NCBI GenBank assembly: GCA_964626665.1
Contig: CAZVGK010000017.1
Location: 1-64,000 of the forward strand
Reading direction: 5' to 3'
Length of the DNA stretch: 64,000 nt
From: an uncultured Gemmatimonadota bacterium
GTDB taxonomy: Bacteria; SM23-81; DAOVCL01
Below the pieces are notes generated by a model. The model worked only from the letters and a program-made list of their open reading frames with translations. It did not search any database and was not told the origin of the DNA. The position numbers were made by a program, and so were the translations under genes. This document shows positions 38,687-49,303 of the stretch, one piece after another; positions within the stretch are counted from its first letter, which is position 1; each line of letters starts with the position of its first letter.

Positions 38687-38892
38687 GGGGTCATTAAATA
38701 CCAATTGATAATGGAAATCTCAATGCACAATGAGCCAATTCGATGTGTGTGCAACAGCAGCTTTTGCTAAGAAACTGAGGCTTCCCCAGTCTGCGGTGAG
38801 CATTTCTGTGAAGAGGAGGGAGAGAATAGTCAAAGAAAAAGGATTTTAAAGTGTTGGAAAAGTAGTTTTTTTACAATTTCATGGACGTCCCC
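38687..38892 (+). mobile_element. GGGGTCA left end plus family A 3' half and right end
   Basis: GTGCAACAGC...GCTAAGAA...CAATTTCATGGACGTCCCC. Confidence 0.75.
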
Positions 38893-38971
38893 GTCCCCCT
38901 TCTTTTTCCCTTGCCCAGCCCCATATCAAGAGTGGAGTTGCATTAGCTGGAATACCAAGAGGTCAAATCAG

Positions 38972-39547
38972 ATGCCCGTACAGTATGTCAATAGAAAGGG
39001 GCAGACATATTATCTTCATCAAGGTACCATTAAGAGTGGTAAGCTAAGATATTTCTTCTCCATGAAGGGTGGGGGAACCCTGGTTGACGTCATACCGGGC
39101 GGTTTCGAAATCTACGAGAACCCAAATGCCCAAGTCTTCTTACGGAAAGTTCAACCCAAGATCATAACCGATGATGAAATTGCCATCGTAGAAATAGGGA
39201 TGAAGCGATTCTCTCAGTTACAGTATTACCAAATAGATGTGAAGAAGGGTGTCATCAGTGTGTTTGTGGCAAATCAGGATGTTGATCGCTTGTCAGATAT
39301 TCTGAGCTTTACTCCCAGAGCGAGAGATGCAAGCATTCAAGATTTACTCCCCCAACTCATATCCTATTCACCGATGCTTCGATTCGTTCTAATCGATAAG
39401 GAGAAGCGAGTGTTTGTTGCTCAGAGGTATTGCTTCCTGGGTTCGATTGATGATTGGATTGGCATAGGCACGCCGGACACCCTACAAAATCTCGTAAAAA
39501 GATACGTGAAACATTTGGGGCAAGATTCCTACTACGAGCTATCTTGA
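38972..39547 (+). CDS. Hypothetical protein, cassette-borne
   Basis: 191-aa ORF with SD GAGG, followed immediately by an attC-like site. Confidence 0.7.
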   Translation: MPVQYVNRKGQTYYLHQGTIKSGKLRYFFSMKGGGTLVDVIPGGFEIYENPNAQVFLRKVQPKIITDDEIAIVEIGMKRFSQLQYYQIDVKKGVISVFVANQDVDRLSDILSFTPRARDASIQDLLPQLISYSPMLRFVLIDKEKRVFVAQRYCFLGSIDDWIGIGTPDTLQNLVKRYVKHLGQDSYYELS

Positions 39548-39552
39548 ACCGC

Positions 39553-39683
39553 GCCTAACGAGTTGCTGCAGCCGACCCCGCTGTCGTGGCTGTTCTTGAG
39601 GTTGCGTCGCGGTTGCAGGGTGTCTTTCTGTGGGTCATCCCGTCGTCAAATCTGTATAGCGGCTGAATTTCAGGTCGCTCTGC
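39553..39683 (+). other. attC-like recombination site (degenerate R')
   Basis: GCCTAAC...TGCAGCCG...CGGCTGAA...; R' reads GCTCTGC rather than GTTRRRY. Confidence 0.5.
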
Positions 39684-39706
39684 AGGGAGAGAATAGGGAA
39701 TTGATT

Positions 39707-39937
39707 ATGGCAAACAAGTCCTTTGATGATTTGCTCGTTGTGGGAACACCGATCTACTTGATAAAGTCTTGGAGCCCCTGTTACAAATGCGGTTCCGCAG
39801 AGCCTGTTGTGGCACTCGCTTCGCGGAACATTAGCAAAGTTCCAGGAGATGATGTGTGCATTCTCAGCAACATTCAAGAAATGCCTGAAGAGATACTTCG
39901 GCTTATCCAGTCAAAATTAACGAAGGCCAGCCCTTGA
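39707..39937 (+). CDS. Short hypothetical protein with one CxxC (probably a truncated cassette gene)
   Basis: SD AGGGA; lies between two attC-like sites. Confidence 0.45.
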   Translation: MANKSFDDLLVVGTPIYLIKSWSPCYKCGSAEPVVALASRNISKVPGDDVCILSNIQEMPEEILRLIQSKLTKASP

Positions 39938-39951
39938 CATTGAACATTTTC

Positions 39952-40013
39952 GCCTAACCAAGGCATGCAACGGACGCGGCTTACTGCTACGCCGGTGATG
40001 CCTGTTGTTAAGT
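39952..40013 (+). other. attC recombination site
   Basis: R'' GCCTAAC; L'' GGCAT(G)CAACGG pairing with L' CCGGTGATGCC leaving an extra G; R' GTTAAGT. Confidence 0.75.
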
Positions 40014-40041
40014 GCAAAATCTAAGAGGGATGTAGGACTAA

Positions 40042-40549
<508 letters not shown>

Positions 40550-40591
40550 ACTCGCGCCCCGTTAAGCCGCCGCAGGTTTGGATAAGGGAGA

Positions 40592-40873
40592 GGGGCATAA
40601 AATTATAAATTGACAGGAGGGGGCCACCTTTTTCTTTATGCCATGCAAAACATGCATTGACGTGGTGAAGCATCCCCAAATGGTGCCAGCCTGCAGTGGA
40701 TTTTGCTATTGTGCTGTGAGGGACTTGGTGTGAGTGCAACAGCTCTTGCTGAGAAGCAAAGGCTTTCCCAGCCTCGGATAAGCATCTCTGTGAAGAAGGA
40801 GAGAAAATGGCCGAAGGAAAAGGATTTGAAGTATTGGGAAAGTAGTTTTTTATAATTCTATGGATGACGTCCC
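40592..40873 (+). mobile_element. Family A miniature element
   Basis: GGGGCATAAAATTATAAATTGACAGG...TAATTCTATGGATGACGTCCC; encodes MPCKTCID plus VPACSGFCYCAVR. Confidence 0.82.
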
Positions 40874-40910
40874 TTTATCCCTTCACTGTTAGTTACAAGG
40901 TCAGGAGATT

Positions 40911-41050
40911 ATGAAAAACAGCGTTGATCCGAAAGATGTCAAGAAACTCCTTAATGAAGCAATAGACATTGCTGACAATTTGCACCGCAATTTCGTTGAT
41001 GCTGCTCAAAGCATCGGATACTCCCGTGATGTGTTGTTACGTTCGAAGGA
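40911..41050 (+). pseudogene. Cassette gene truncated by the IS
   Basis: GTTAGTT, SD AGGAG and ATG; the ORF runs into the IS end at 41051. Confidence 0.5.
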
Positions 41051-42323
41051 CCTGGTGTCCTGTAAGAGCTTGAAAGGTCAACCTATCCCAACCTGATAGG
41101 TGGCCAATTCCTCCATAAACCAGATATGGTCTGTTATCTCCGCTGCCATTGCTGGACTACGGTGTTGATAACTACCAGATTCATCCTTTATCCTGAGGCT
41201 CCTGTGATCCCAACAGAAGTTGTAATAGCTAACAGAGAGCCAACTCTGGTTCACCCCGTTAGGTATGAAATTATCTAACGGGGTGAATATGATCAGCAAC
41301 CTTCTTTGAAAACTCATAGGTCTTCCGAGCCTTTCTGGCATTGAGATGCCGATCAGTGCCATTATAGCGTTCAATGAAAGCAACATTGACCTTCTTGGAG
41401 ACAGTTGACTCCTGCAGTGCCTGCTGAAGGGCCTCTCGGGTGCCAAAGACTAAACGAATCTCTACCTTTACTACTCTACCTCTCTCTCGCCTCTTACACA
41501 CGGTGGCAAAGAGAAGATCAGGAGGAGCCACCTTGTAAGGCTTCTTAGGCCGTCCAGGCTTTCCGGTAGGCTCTGGGCTTACCTCTTTTCCATAGGTTTC
41601 CAGGATGCATTTAGGGTAAAGCCCGTACTCATCGGCTGTCATGAGAGCTGGAGGCTGGCCACCATTAACCCGTAAAGAGAAGTCCTTGACCAATTTCCTT
41701 GTGTTCTCCTGGGTCCTTTTGCCCGGAACCAGAGAAACAACCAGCTTCTCTTTGCTGGCCAAGGCTACATGATCCCATTGATCGCCCTTATTGCCCTGAG
41801 CCTTCTCCTGTTCACTGAGATGTTTCTCTTTTTTTCCCCACAAAACTCCATTTCTCATCAAACTGGACTTCGTCTATAGCCAGATCCCGCACCAACTCAT
41901 CATGTAGGGCCTTGGCATGAGGGCCTGCTATCCTGTGTAGCCGAGAAACAGTATCTTTGGAAACCTCTACTAAACGACCTGTCTTGCGGATGCCACAATC
42001 CTCACCTAAGTGCTCCAGGATGCTGATGGCCTTTTCCAAAGGGAGACGACTTCCTGAAAGGGCAGTGTGGCTCCGTTCAGAGAACCGTTTGCCACAGGTT
42101 TTACACTGAAGCAAGCGAATGGGATTATTCTTTTCATATGTCTGTTGAACCATGATATTTCCATACCCTCTTTTTCCGTAATCTGAGCAGCCAGGATTAA
42201 TACAGCAAAATTCACTTATGTCTTTCATACTGAGCCTCCTGGTATATAGTAAGTCTTTCTAAAACTACATCTTAACTATACATCAGAAGCTCTAATCTTG
42301 TCAAGCCCAATTATGACACCAGG
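41051..42323 (-). mobile_element. IS1-family insertion sequence with disrupted transposase
   Basis: Ends CCTGGTGTC/GACACCAGG; InsA-like CxNxxC..CxxC + HTH (41812-42228), DE.WSFVGKK, TAD, ERYNGTDR, YYNF..H.SL, SPAMAA..TDH.W. Confidence 0.85.
41252..41285. mobile_element. 34-bp palindromic insertion within the IS transposase
   Basis: CACCCCGTTAG...CTAACGGGGTG; removal rejoins KKVADH to QSWLSVSYYNF in frame. Confidence 0.85.
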
Positions 42324-42347
42324 AGAAATTCCGAAACGTTAAATTCC

Positions 42348-42560
42348 CTATGGTTGGCTTAAGATAAGGGGGCCATTGGTGGTGATGGCAATTGTGTTTT
42401 CAAAGTGGGCAGAGAGGCTGCTATCAGCGGTTACCGCGGTCCACCCATCGGAGAGAAGCTCCGCCCTCCAGGTGCCCATATTTACCATTGGCTCCAAGGC
42501 CAAAACCATACCGACCTTGAGAAAAGGCCCGCGATGGGGGGGACCATAGTTGGGTAAGTG
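42348..42560 (-). pseudogene. map: 3' fragment of methionine aminopeptidase
   Basis: Manual translation HLPNYGPPHRGPFLKVGMVLALEPMVN...DGWTAVTADSSLSAHFENTIAIT..GPLILS. Confidence 0.88.
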
Positions 42561-42897
42561 GAGGTCAACCCTCAGAAAATAGATATTGACATTCTTGGGT
42601 GCCCTATTATTCTGGTAGTGGGCAAGCCGTTATGGTTTGTTGGGATCTTCATTGTCCCTGCAGGATACACACTTATGGTAAGGCCTTTGCGGCTGGAGTG
42701 GCCTGGAGCGCTCTATCACCTTACAGGGTGAGGAAACCAAGGGCAGGTGATCTTTGGCAATATTGGAATTTGGAGGGATTGTGGGAACAAATGTGAGCTA
42801 TGTAGCGCAAAAGGTGAAAGAGCACCTCAATTGGGATGGCCAGTTCAGGGAGTCGTGTGAGAGGGCCGAAAAAATCTATTTTCTGAGGGTTGACCCC
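42561..42897 (+). mobile_element. Family B miniature element (internally deleted RAYT-like Y1 transposase gene)
   Basis: Perfect 22-bp inverted repeats GGTCAACCCTCAGAAAATAGAT; internal MVRPLRLEWPGALYHLTG plus a C-terminal HTH-like remnant. Confidence 0.85.
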
Positions 42898-43158
42898 AAT
42901 TTTGCTCTCACCAATTCTGCTTCATGTGGGATTGGCCTACCGCTTGTTTTAAACTGTGAGAATCGCCTAATCCCAAGATGATAAGGCGACCCTCAGTTGA
43001 AGGATCATAATTAGTCACCAAGGTCTCAAGTAACGGAGCCGTCAGGATAATTTTCCTAACGGCTTCGTTTTTGTTTGTGGGAGTTCAACTTAGAAGCCCA
43101 GAGACAGATGTTACCTAGGTGATGTCTCCCATCATTAAGGGGTGAGGCAAACATTTCC

Positions 43159-43187
43159 TTGACAATGGCTCTACACTTTATTATTAT
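43159..43187 (+). promoter_or_regulatory. Putative sigma70 promoter for the carD operon
   Basis: TTGACA-N17-TATTAT. Confidence 0.55.
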
Positions 43188-43218
43188 GAAGTTTAGAACC
43201 TTAAGAAGGACCTGATCG

Positions 43219-43713
43219 ATGAGCGAACTCTTTTCCCCAGGTGACAAGGTCGTGCATAAGAGGTTGGGTGGGGGATACATTAAGTCGGTAGCCAAAAGGG
43301 AGATCGATGGAGAGGAGATAAACTGCCTGGAGATCGATTTCATTATCAGCAATACACGCGCCTATGTGCCCCTCTCTCAAATTGGGCTGGAGGGTTTGCG
43401 GAGGCCGATAAGCATCGCAGAGGTGGGAGTGATGAGGGGAACTTTGCTCTCTCCGGCGGCAGAGCTTGCCGGAGACTGGAAGAGCAGAGCCAAATATCTG
43501 CGGGATAAGCTCTGCCAGGGGGATCCCTATCGGATCGCCGAGATAATTAGGGATCTCTATCCAGCGGCAAATTTGGACAAATTGACTGCCACGGAGAAGA
43601 CGATCTTGGAAAAGGCCAAACACCTTTTGGCCAGTGAGATGAGTTTGGTGGAAGGGATTACTCTAAATGAGGCAGTGGGGAAAATAGAGGAAACCATAGA
43701 GGATAAGATTTAG
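43219..43713 (+). CDS. carD: CarD family transcriptional regulator
   Basis: FSPGDKVVH...G.G.I, YVP, GLRRP, WK.R, AEIIRDL, LLASE. Confidence 0.85.
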   Translation: MSELFSPGDKVVHKRLGGGYIKSVAKREIDGEEINCLEIDFIISNTRAYVPLSQIGLEGLRRPISIAEVGVMRGTLLSPAAELAGDWKSRAKYLRDKLCQGDPYRIAEIIRDLYPAANLDKLTATEKTILEKAKHLLASEMSLVEGITLNEAVGKIEETIEDKI

Positions 43714-43721
43714 GGTAGGGA

Positions 43722-44582
43722 ATGTCCAGGGCAGGGAAGGTCAGAGCAAGGAGGAGGGAGTCTCAGATATTGGAGAGGTATCTGAGGGATGTAAACACTA
43801 TCCCCCTTCTCTCCCCAGGTGAGGAGGTTATCCTCTCCCAGCGGATAAAGGAAGGGGATCAAGAGGCTTTGCAGAAGCTGGTAAAGTCAAACCTCAGGTT
43901 TGTGGTTAGCGTGGCCAAGCAATATCAAAACCAGGGGATGCCCCTTCTCGACCTGATTAATGAGGGGAACATAGGCCTGATAGAGGCTGCCAAGAGATTT
44001 GATGCGGCGAAGGGGTATAAGTTCATCTCCTATGCCGTCTGGTGGATAAGGCAGGCCATACTTAAGGCCCTGGCCGAACAGTCCCGTATAGTTAGGCTTC
44101 CCTTAAATAGAATAGGCGAGCTCTGCAAGATCGTCAAAAAGTCTAGGTGGCTTGAACAAAGGCTACACCGGGCCCCTCAGATCGATGAGGTGGTGGAAGG
44201 CCTGGGAATCGCTGAGGATGAGGCCACAGAGATCATTCAGATAGCGAACCTCCCCGCTCCTTTAGATGCCCCCTTAGAGGGAGAGGATGACCGTAGCCTC
44301 CTGCACATTTTGCCCAACAGGAAGCAGCCCCCTCCAGACAAGGAGACTATGGACAAAAGTTTGGTGAGGGAGTTGCAGAGGATATTGGCGACCTTGGCTC
44401 CCCGAGAGGCGGAGATAATCAAGCTATATTATGGATTAGAGGGGGAGAGACCCCATACCTTAGAGGAGATTGGGAGAAAGTTTGGGCTCTCTCGAGAGAG
44501 GGCCAGACAGATAAAGAAGAAAGCCCTCATCAAGCTTAGACATACTTCCCGAAGCAGTTCCCTGCGACCATATATGAGTTAA
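43722..44582 (+). CDS. RpoD/SigA-family sigma70 factor lacking region 1.1
   Basis: NLRFVVSVAKQY, DLINEGNIGL, KFISYAVWWIRQ, TLEEIG..FGLSRERARQI. Confidence 0.92.
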   Translation: MSRAGKVRARRRESQILERYLRDVNTIPLLSPGEEVILSQRIKEGDQEALQKLVKSNLRFVVSVAKQYQNQGMPLLDLINEGNIGLIEAAKRFDAAKGYKFISYAVWWIRQAILKALAEQSRIVRLPLNRIGELCKIVKKSRWLEQRLHRAPQIDEVVEGLGIAEDEATEIIQIANLPAPLDAPLEGEDDRSLLHILPNRKQPPPDKETMDKSLVRELQRILATLAPREAEIIKLYYGLEGERPHTLEEIGRKFGLSRERARQIKKKALIKLRHTSRSSSLRPYMS

Positions 44583-44594
44583 CCTGGAGGGAAA

Positions 44595-44759
44595 ATGTTA
44601 GACGATGAGCTTCTCAAGATTTTGGCTTGCCCGAAATGTAAGGGTGACCTCGAGTATGATCCCCAAGGGGGCTGGCTCATCTGCCACCACTGTAGGTTGA
44701 AATACCCCATCCGGGATGATATCCCTGTAATGCTCATAGATGAGGCCGAAAAGTTCTAA
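44595..44759 (+). CDS. Trm112-family (YcaR-like) protein
   Basis: Manual translation [19 protein letters not shown]...[22 protein letters not shown]. Confidence 0.9.
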   Translation: MLDDELLKILACPKCKGDLEYDPQGGWLICHHCRLKYPIRDDIPVMLIDEAEKF

Positions 44760-44762
44760 AAC

Positions 44763-45548
44763 ATGCAGGCCCCAGCCCGACTTACCTTTGCTCACCTAAA
44801 GTATATAACCCTTGCCATTACCTTGCTCTTCTCCCTCGTTTTTATGGGTTTAAACCAAAGGGCAAAAATCCAATTGGCCAAGGCTGGCTCCTTGGCCTTC
44901 ATCCCTGCTCAAAGGTTGTTCTTCTACCTGGTAAGGATGGGGGAGATCTATGCGGAAAACAGGAGGCTCCGCCTGATGAACACCCAACTCTCCCTTGAGG
45001 TGCAAAGGATGAGGGGTTTTAAGGAGGAGAATCAGAGACTGCGGAGGATGTTGAATTTCAGGGAGGGAGCTCCCTTCCAGTTGGTTCCTGCTGAGGTCAT
45101 TGGGAGGGATCCGGAGAGGGCTACCAATTCCATAATCATAGATGGAGGGGAGGATGAGGGGATAGCGGTTAATCAGTCGGTTATCTCTGCCGATGGCTTA
45201 GTGGGAAGGGTAATTAAGGTGGGCAGGAAGAGGTCAACCGTGCTTCTCCTCTTGGACCCGGACTGTAAGGCCAGCTCCTTGGTGGAAAGGGGCAAGGTCT
45301 ATTCCATAATGGAGTGTGATGGGGGGAGATGCTATTTGAAGGGGGTTCCGCTCTATGCTGATGTCCAGGAGGGCGATAAGGTGGTCACTTCAGGATGGGG
45401 AGGGATCTTCCCCCCGGGGCTGAAGTTGGGGGTGGTGAAAAAGGTCTCCAGCCAGAAGTCCGCGCTCCTCAAGGGGGTGGAAGTGAAACCCATAATTGAT
45501 TTTACCTCTCTCAAGGAGGTATTCATCCTCCAAGGGGGGCCAGGTTAA
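44763..45548 (+). CDS. mreC: Rod shape-determining protein MreC
   Basis: TM, coiled coil ENQRLRRML, AEVIGR, GLVGRV, VVTSG.GGIFPPG. Confidence 0.93.
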   Translation: MQAPARLTFAHLKYITLAITLLFSLVFMGLNQRAKIQLAKAGSLAFIPAQRLFFYLVRMGEIYAENRRLRLMNTQLSLEVQRMRGFKEENQRLRRMLNFREGAPFQLVPAEVIGRDPERATNSIIIDGGEDEGIAVNQSVISADGLVGRVIKVGRKRSTVLLLLDPDCKASSLVERGKVYSIMECDGGRCYLKGVPLYADVQEGDKVVTSGWGGIFPPGLKLGVVKKVSSQKSALLKGVEVKPIIDFTSLKEVFILQGGPG

Positions 45549-45550
45549 TT

Positions 45551-46087
45551 ATGGCCTACAAGATTGGTAAATATCTCCTCCTCTTTCTCCTCACTACTAT
45601 CCTGCAATCAACGGTGGCCGCTCTCCTTTCCATCTGGGGGATAAAACCAGACCTGCTTCTCCTTCTTCTCTTCTACATCTCCCTCAAGGAGGGCCCCATA
45701 TGGGGAGCTGGCTGGGGCTTTGTCTTTGGCTTTACCATTGACTCGACCTATGCCCCTCTCCAATTAGGCATTGGTTCCTTTAGTAAGGTTTGCTTCGGCT
45801 TTTTGGCGGGGAATTGGGGGGATAAGATCTACTTAGAGACCCCACAATCGAAGGGCCTCTTCCTCTTCTCCCTGGTTACCCTCCATGATATCTTGAGATA
45901 TGGAATGGGGAAGATAGGCAACTTTGGCCTGGCCTTTTGGTATCCTCTGTTTACCAAAACCTTGCCCACAGCGGCTTACACGGCTATTTTAGGGGCAATC
46001 GTTTACTATCTCATTAAAAGACAGGCCAAAAAGGGATATATAATTGGCTCACCCCGGGGGAAAGAGGAAACGGAAAGGGGAAAATAG
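45551..46087 (+). CDS. mreD: Rod shape-determining protein MreD
   Basis: Hydrophobic, IKPDLLL, GF.FG..D; synteny. Confidence 0.85.
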   Translation: MAYKIGKYLLLFLLTTILQSTVAALLSIWGIKPDLLLLLLFYISLKEGPIWGAGWGFVFGFTIDSTYAPLQLGIGSFSKVCFGFLAGNWGDKIYLETPQSKGLFLFSLVTLHDILRYGMGKIGNFGLAFWYPLFTKTLPTAAYTAILGAIVYYLIKRQAKKGYIIGSPRGKEETERGK

Positions 46088-47825
46088 GTACAAGTCCTCG
46101 GTCTGGTTTGTGTTGGTTCTCTTCGGGCTCCTCTCCTCGAGACTTATCTGGCTGCAGGGGCTGCAATCAAAGAGGTATAGGAAATGGGCCGAAGACAACC
46201 GGGTAAGGGCACTGAGGATTCAAGCCCCGCGGGGAAAGATAAGGGATCGCCAGGGAAAGGTCATCGCTCAGGATCGTCCCTCCTACACCGTCTCTATTAT
46301 CCCCTCGCAGTTCGATAAAAACAAAAAGCCTGAGTTATCCGAGGTCCTCCACCTTAATCCAGGCTCTCTCAGTAAGAAGTTGCAGAGGCCAGGGCTGCTC
46401 CCCTTTGAACCAGTTAGATTGAAGAGGGATGTTGATTTTCCCACCATCTGCTGGCTGCAGGAGCACGGGCTTTCTGGGGTAATCTACGAGCTGGAACCAA
46501 GGAGGTTTTACCCTTATGGAGAGGCAACCGCTCACCTATTGGGCTATGTGGGCCAGCTTACCCCAGGGGAGTATAAAAAGCTAAAACCCTTAGGTTACAG
46601 GTACAATTCGGTTATCGGCCGCTGTGGATTGGAGAAGGAGTATGAGAATCAGCTTAAAGGCCGAGATGGAGTGGAATATTGGGAGGTAACCGCCTATGGT
46701 AAGACGGTAGGCAGACTCGAGGGCAAGCCTCCACGCCCTCCCCAGATAGGTTCTGAACTCGCCCTGAACATAGATCTCGGGCTCCAGGTGTGGATCAAGG
46801 AAAACTTCCCTGATACCCTAAATGGCTCTGTGGTGGCCATAGACCCTCGTAATGGGGAGATATTGGCCCTTTACAGTTCCCCGTCATTTGATCCCAATCT
46901 CCTCTCTGGGGTTACGCAGGAGAGCACCTGGACGGCCTTGAAGGATGCCCCCCGTTTCCCCTTGTTAAATCGAGCCATCCAAGCAACCTACCCCCCAGGT
47001 TCAATTCTCAAACCCTTGGTGGCCGCAGCGGCAATGCAGGAGAACCTGGTGGAGGGGTCAACCAGGCTTACCCCCTGTACAGGGGCATTTAGGTATGGGA
47101 ACAGGGTATTTAAATGTTGGAAAGCCCATGGGAATTTGGATCTGCAGGAGGCCCTCATCCAGTCCTGCGACATATACCATTACCAATTAGGGATTATGTT
47201 GCAGGTGGAGGGTCTGGCGAGTTATGCCCTGAAATGTGGGTTGGGTAGAAGGCAGGGTATTGACCTCCCCGGCGAGGTTTCTGGCCTTGTTTCCACCCGG
47301 CGCTACCTTAATCAAAGGTATGGGAGGGGAAAGTGGTCCCCAGGGTTGGCCCTGAATCTGGCCATTGGGCAGGGGGAAACCTTGGTTACCACTCTTCAGA
47401 TGGCTGTGGTCTTCTCCGCAATTGCCAATGGGGGTTGGCTCTATACCCCCTTTTTAGTGCGGGCGATAAGGGCCCCAGATGGCTCCGTAATGAAATTGGA
47501 GGTGGATCATCCCCAACCACTCCCTTTCTCTCCCTCTGTGTTGAAGATCATTAGGGAAGCCTTGGTGGGGGTGGTCAATGATGAGGAGGGAACCGGCCGG
47601 AGAGCTCAGCTGCCAGATATTGTGGTAGCCGGGAAGACAGGCACAGCCCAGAACCCTCATGGCCCCGATCATGCTTGGTTTGTCGGCTATGCCCCCACGG
47701 TCCGCCCTCAGATAACAGTCGCCGTGCTGTTAGAGAATGGAGGACATGGAGGGGCAACGGCCGCCCCCTTAGCCGGCGGGATCATTGGTTTCTACCTGAA
47801 GGAGAGGGAGAATGAAGGGTTTTGA
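46044..47825 (+). CDS. mrdA: Penicillin-binding protein 2
   Basis: APRGKI.DR, PGSILK (SxxK), SCD, KTGTAQ. Confidence 0.93.
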   Translation: MAHPGGKRKRKGENRYKSSVWFVLVLFGLLSSRLIWLQGLQSKRYRKWAEDNRVRALRIQAPRGKIRDRQGKVIAQDRPSYTVSIIPSQFDKNKKPELSEVLHLNPGSLSKKLQRPGLLPFEPVRLKRDVDFPTICWLQEHGLSGVIYELEPRRFYPYGEATAHLLGYVGQLTPGEYKKLKPLGYRYNSVIGRCGLEKEYENQLKGRDGVEYWEVTAYGKTVGRLEGKPPRPPQIGSELALNIDLGLQVWIKENFPDTLNGSVVAIDPRNGEILALYSSPSFDPNLLSGVTQESTWTALKDAPRFPLLNRAIQATYPPGSILKPLVAAAAMQENLVEGSTRLTPCTGAFRYGNRVFKCWKAHGNLDLQEALIQSCDIYHYQLGIMLQVEGLASYALKCGLGRRQGIDLPGEVSGLVSTRRYLNQRYGRGKWSPGLALNLAIGQGETLVTTLQMAVVFSAIANGGWLYTPFLVRAIRAPDGSVMKLEVDHPQPLPFSPSVLKIIREALVGVVNDEEGTGRRAQLPDIVVAGKTGTAQNPHGPDHAWFVGYAPTVRPQITVAVLLENGGHGGATAAPLAGGIIGFYLKERENEGF

Positions 47826-49008
47826 CCTGAAGATCTTCCTTCCCCTTCTCCTCCTGGTGGGGATAGGATTGGCTCTAATCTACAGCAGCACCATTCACCC
47901 CATACCGCCAGGTCAGGCGCCGCAGTTTGCCCTCAAGCAGCTTGTCTGGATAGGCATAGGCTTGATCCTCCTGGTGGCCACCTATAACATACCTCCGCGG
48001 TTTCACCTTGCCCTTAGCTACATCTATTATTTCGCCGTTCTCCTCCTTTTGGTCTTCCTCCTGGCCAGAGGGGGAGGACGCTGGATAGAGCTGGGTCCCT
48101 TCAACCTCCAGCCTTCGGAGTTAGCCAAATTAGCCCTCATCTTGGGGCTTGCCCGCTACCTTTCTGCGCAGAGGATAGACCTGACTCACCTGAAGGGTTT
48201 TGGACCCCCCCTTCTCTTGGTGGTCCTACCTGCCCTGATCATCTTAAAGGAACCAGACCTGGGGACAGCACTCCTCTTGCTTATCCTTCCCCTTCCGATG
48301 CTCTGGTGGGCGGGGATGGACCCGCGCAACCTCTTCTTCCTCTACTCCGTTGCCCTGAGTTTAGTCTCTGCCTCCCATTGGCTGGCTTGGGGTGCTTTTC
48401 TCACCCTGCTCATCGTTCTCCTTATCCATTCCTCTCAGTCCCTGCTGACCAAGGTAGGAATCCTCTTGGCCAACCTAGCGGTGGGAGTCTTGACCCCCTT
48501 AATCTGGTCGCACCTCCAGGGGTATCAGAGACAGAGGGTGATAGCCTTCCTCAACCCGGCCAGGGATCCTTTCCGGGCCGGTTACCAGATCATCCAATCG
48601 AAGATAGCCGTTGGCTCAGGGGGCATTTGGGGGAAGGGGTTTATGCAGGGGACCCAGGCCAAGCTTTCCTTCCTTCCCGCCCAGCACACCGACTTCATCT
48701 TCTCCGTGGCTGGCGAGGAGTTGGGACTCTGGGGATGCCTCCTCATCTTGGGCCTCTACCTTATCCTTTTGTGGGGAGCGCTGAAGATTGCCTATCGAGC
48801 AAAAAATCCCTTCTCCAGCCTGGTGGCGGTGGGGATAGCAAGCGTATTTATCATCCAGGTTGGGGTAAATGTGGGGATGACCTTAGGGATGATGCCTATC
48901 ACCGGCCTTCCCCTTCCCTTCCTCAGCTATGGCGGTTCCGCCATAATAGTGGATATGATTATGGTGGGGCTGCTTTTGGCCATCAATTCCAGATGGAGGG
49001 AATACTGA
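47812..49008 (+). CDS. rodA: Rod shape-determining protein RodA (SEDS)
   Basis: QPSELAK, EPDLGT, QSKIAVGSGG, HTDFIFS, PFLSYGGS. Confidence 0.95.
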   Translation: MKGFDLKIFLPLLLLVGIGLALIYSSTIHPIPPGQAPQFALKQLVWIGIGLILLVATYNIPPRFHLALSYIYYFAVLLLLVFLLARGGGRWIELGPFNLQPSELAKLALILGLARYLSAQRIDLTHLKGFGPPLLLVVLPALIILKEPDLGTALLLLILPLPMLWWAGMDPRNLFFLYSVALSLVSASHWLAWGAFLTLLIVLLIHSSQSLLTKVGILLANLAVGVLTPLIWSHLQGYQRQRVIAFLNPARDPFRAGYQIIQSKIAVGSGGIWGKGFMQGTQAKLSFLPAQHTDFIFSVAGEELGLWGCLLILGLYLILLWGALKIAYRAKNPFSSLVAVGIASVFIIQVGVNVGMTLGMMPITGLPLPFLSYGGSAIIVDMIMVGLLLAINSRWREY

Positions 49009-49303
49009 GGTCTCATTCCTCTGATTTCCTGAATGTCCCCCATTTTTCTGGTCAGGCCCTCGGCCAAGGGGGGCAAGTTTCAAACTTTCAGGTGCCGACC
49101 TAACTATTTGCCTTGTTTTTAAAAGTTTTCCTTCCTGAAGGCCTCTTGCCGTTTTTCCCCATTGCACTTTCCTACCCCTCAATGCTCCAAGGTCAATTTG
49201 GCCAGCAAGCAGAGATAAACTATAGCGCAGCCGCGGCCCAAAAATCATCTTGGCCCGTTGCCCCCCACCCCACACTTCTACCCTGCTTTAGCCCCTAAAA
49301 AGA

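Noticed and set aside
41043-42331. Target-site duplication for the IS1-family element
   Set aside because: The flanks (TCGAAGGA / AGAAATTC) do not match, and the truncated gene does not resume on the far side.
48306-49103. 265-aa alternative-frame ORF in rodA and other long antisense or overlapping ORFs
   Set aside because: Shadow frames of confident genes with no recognisable motifs.
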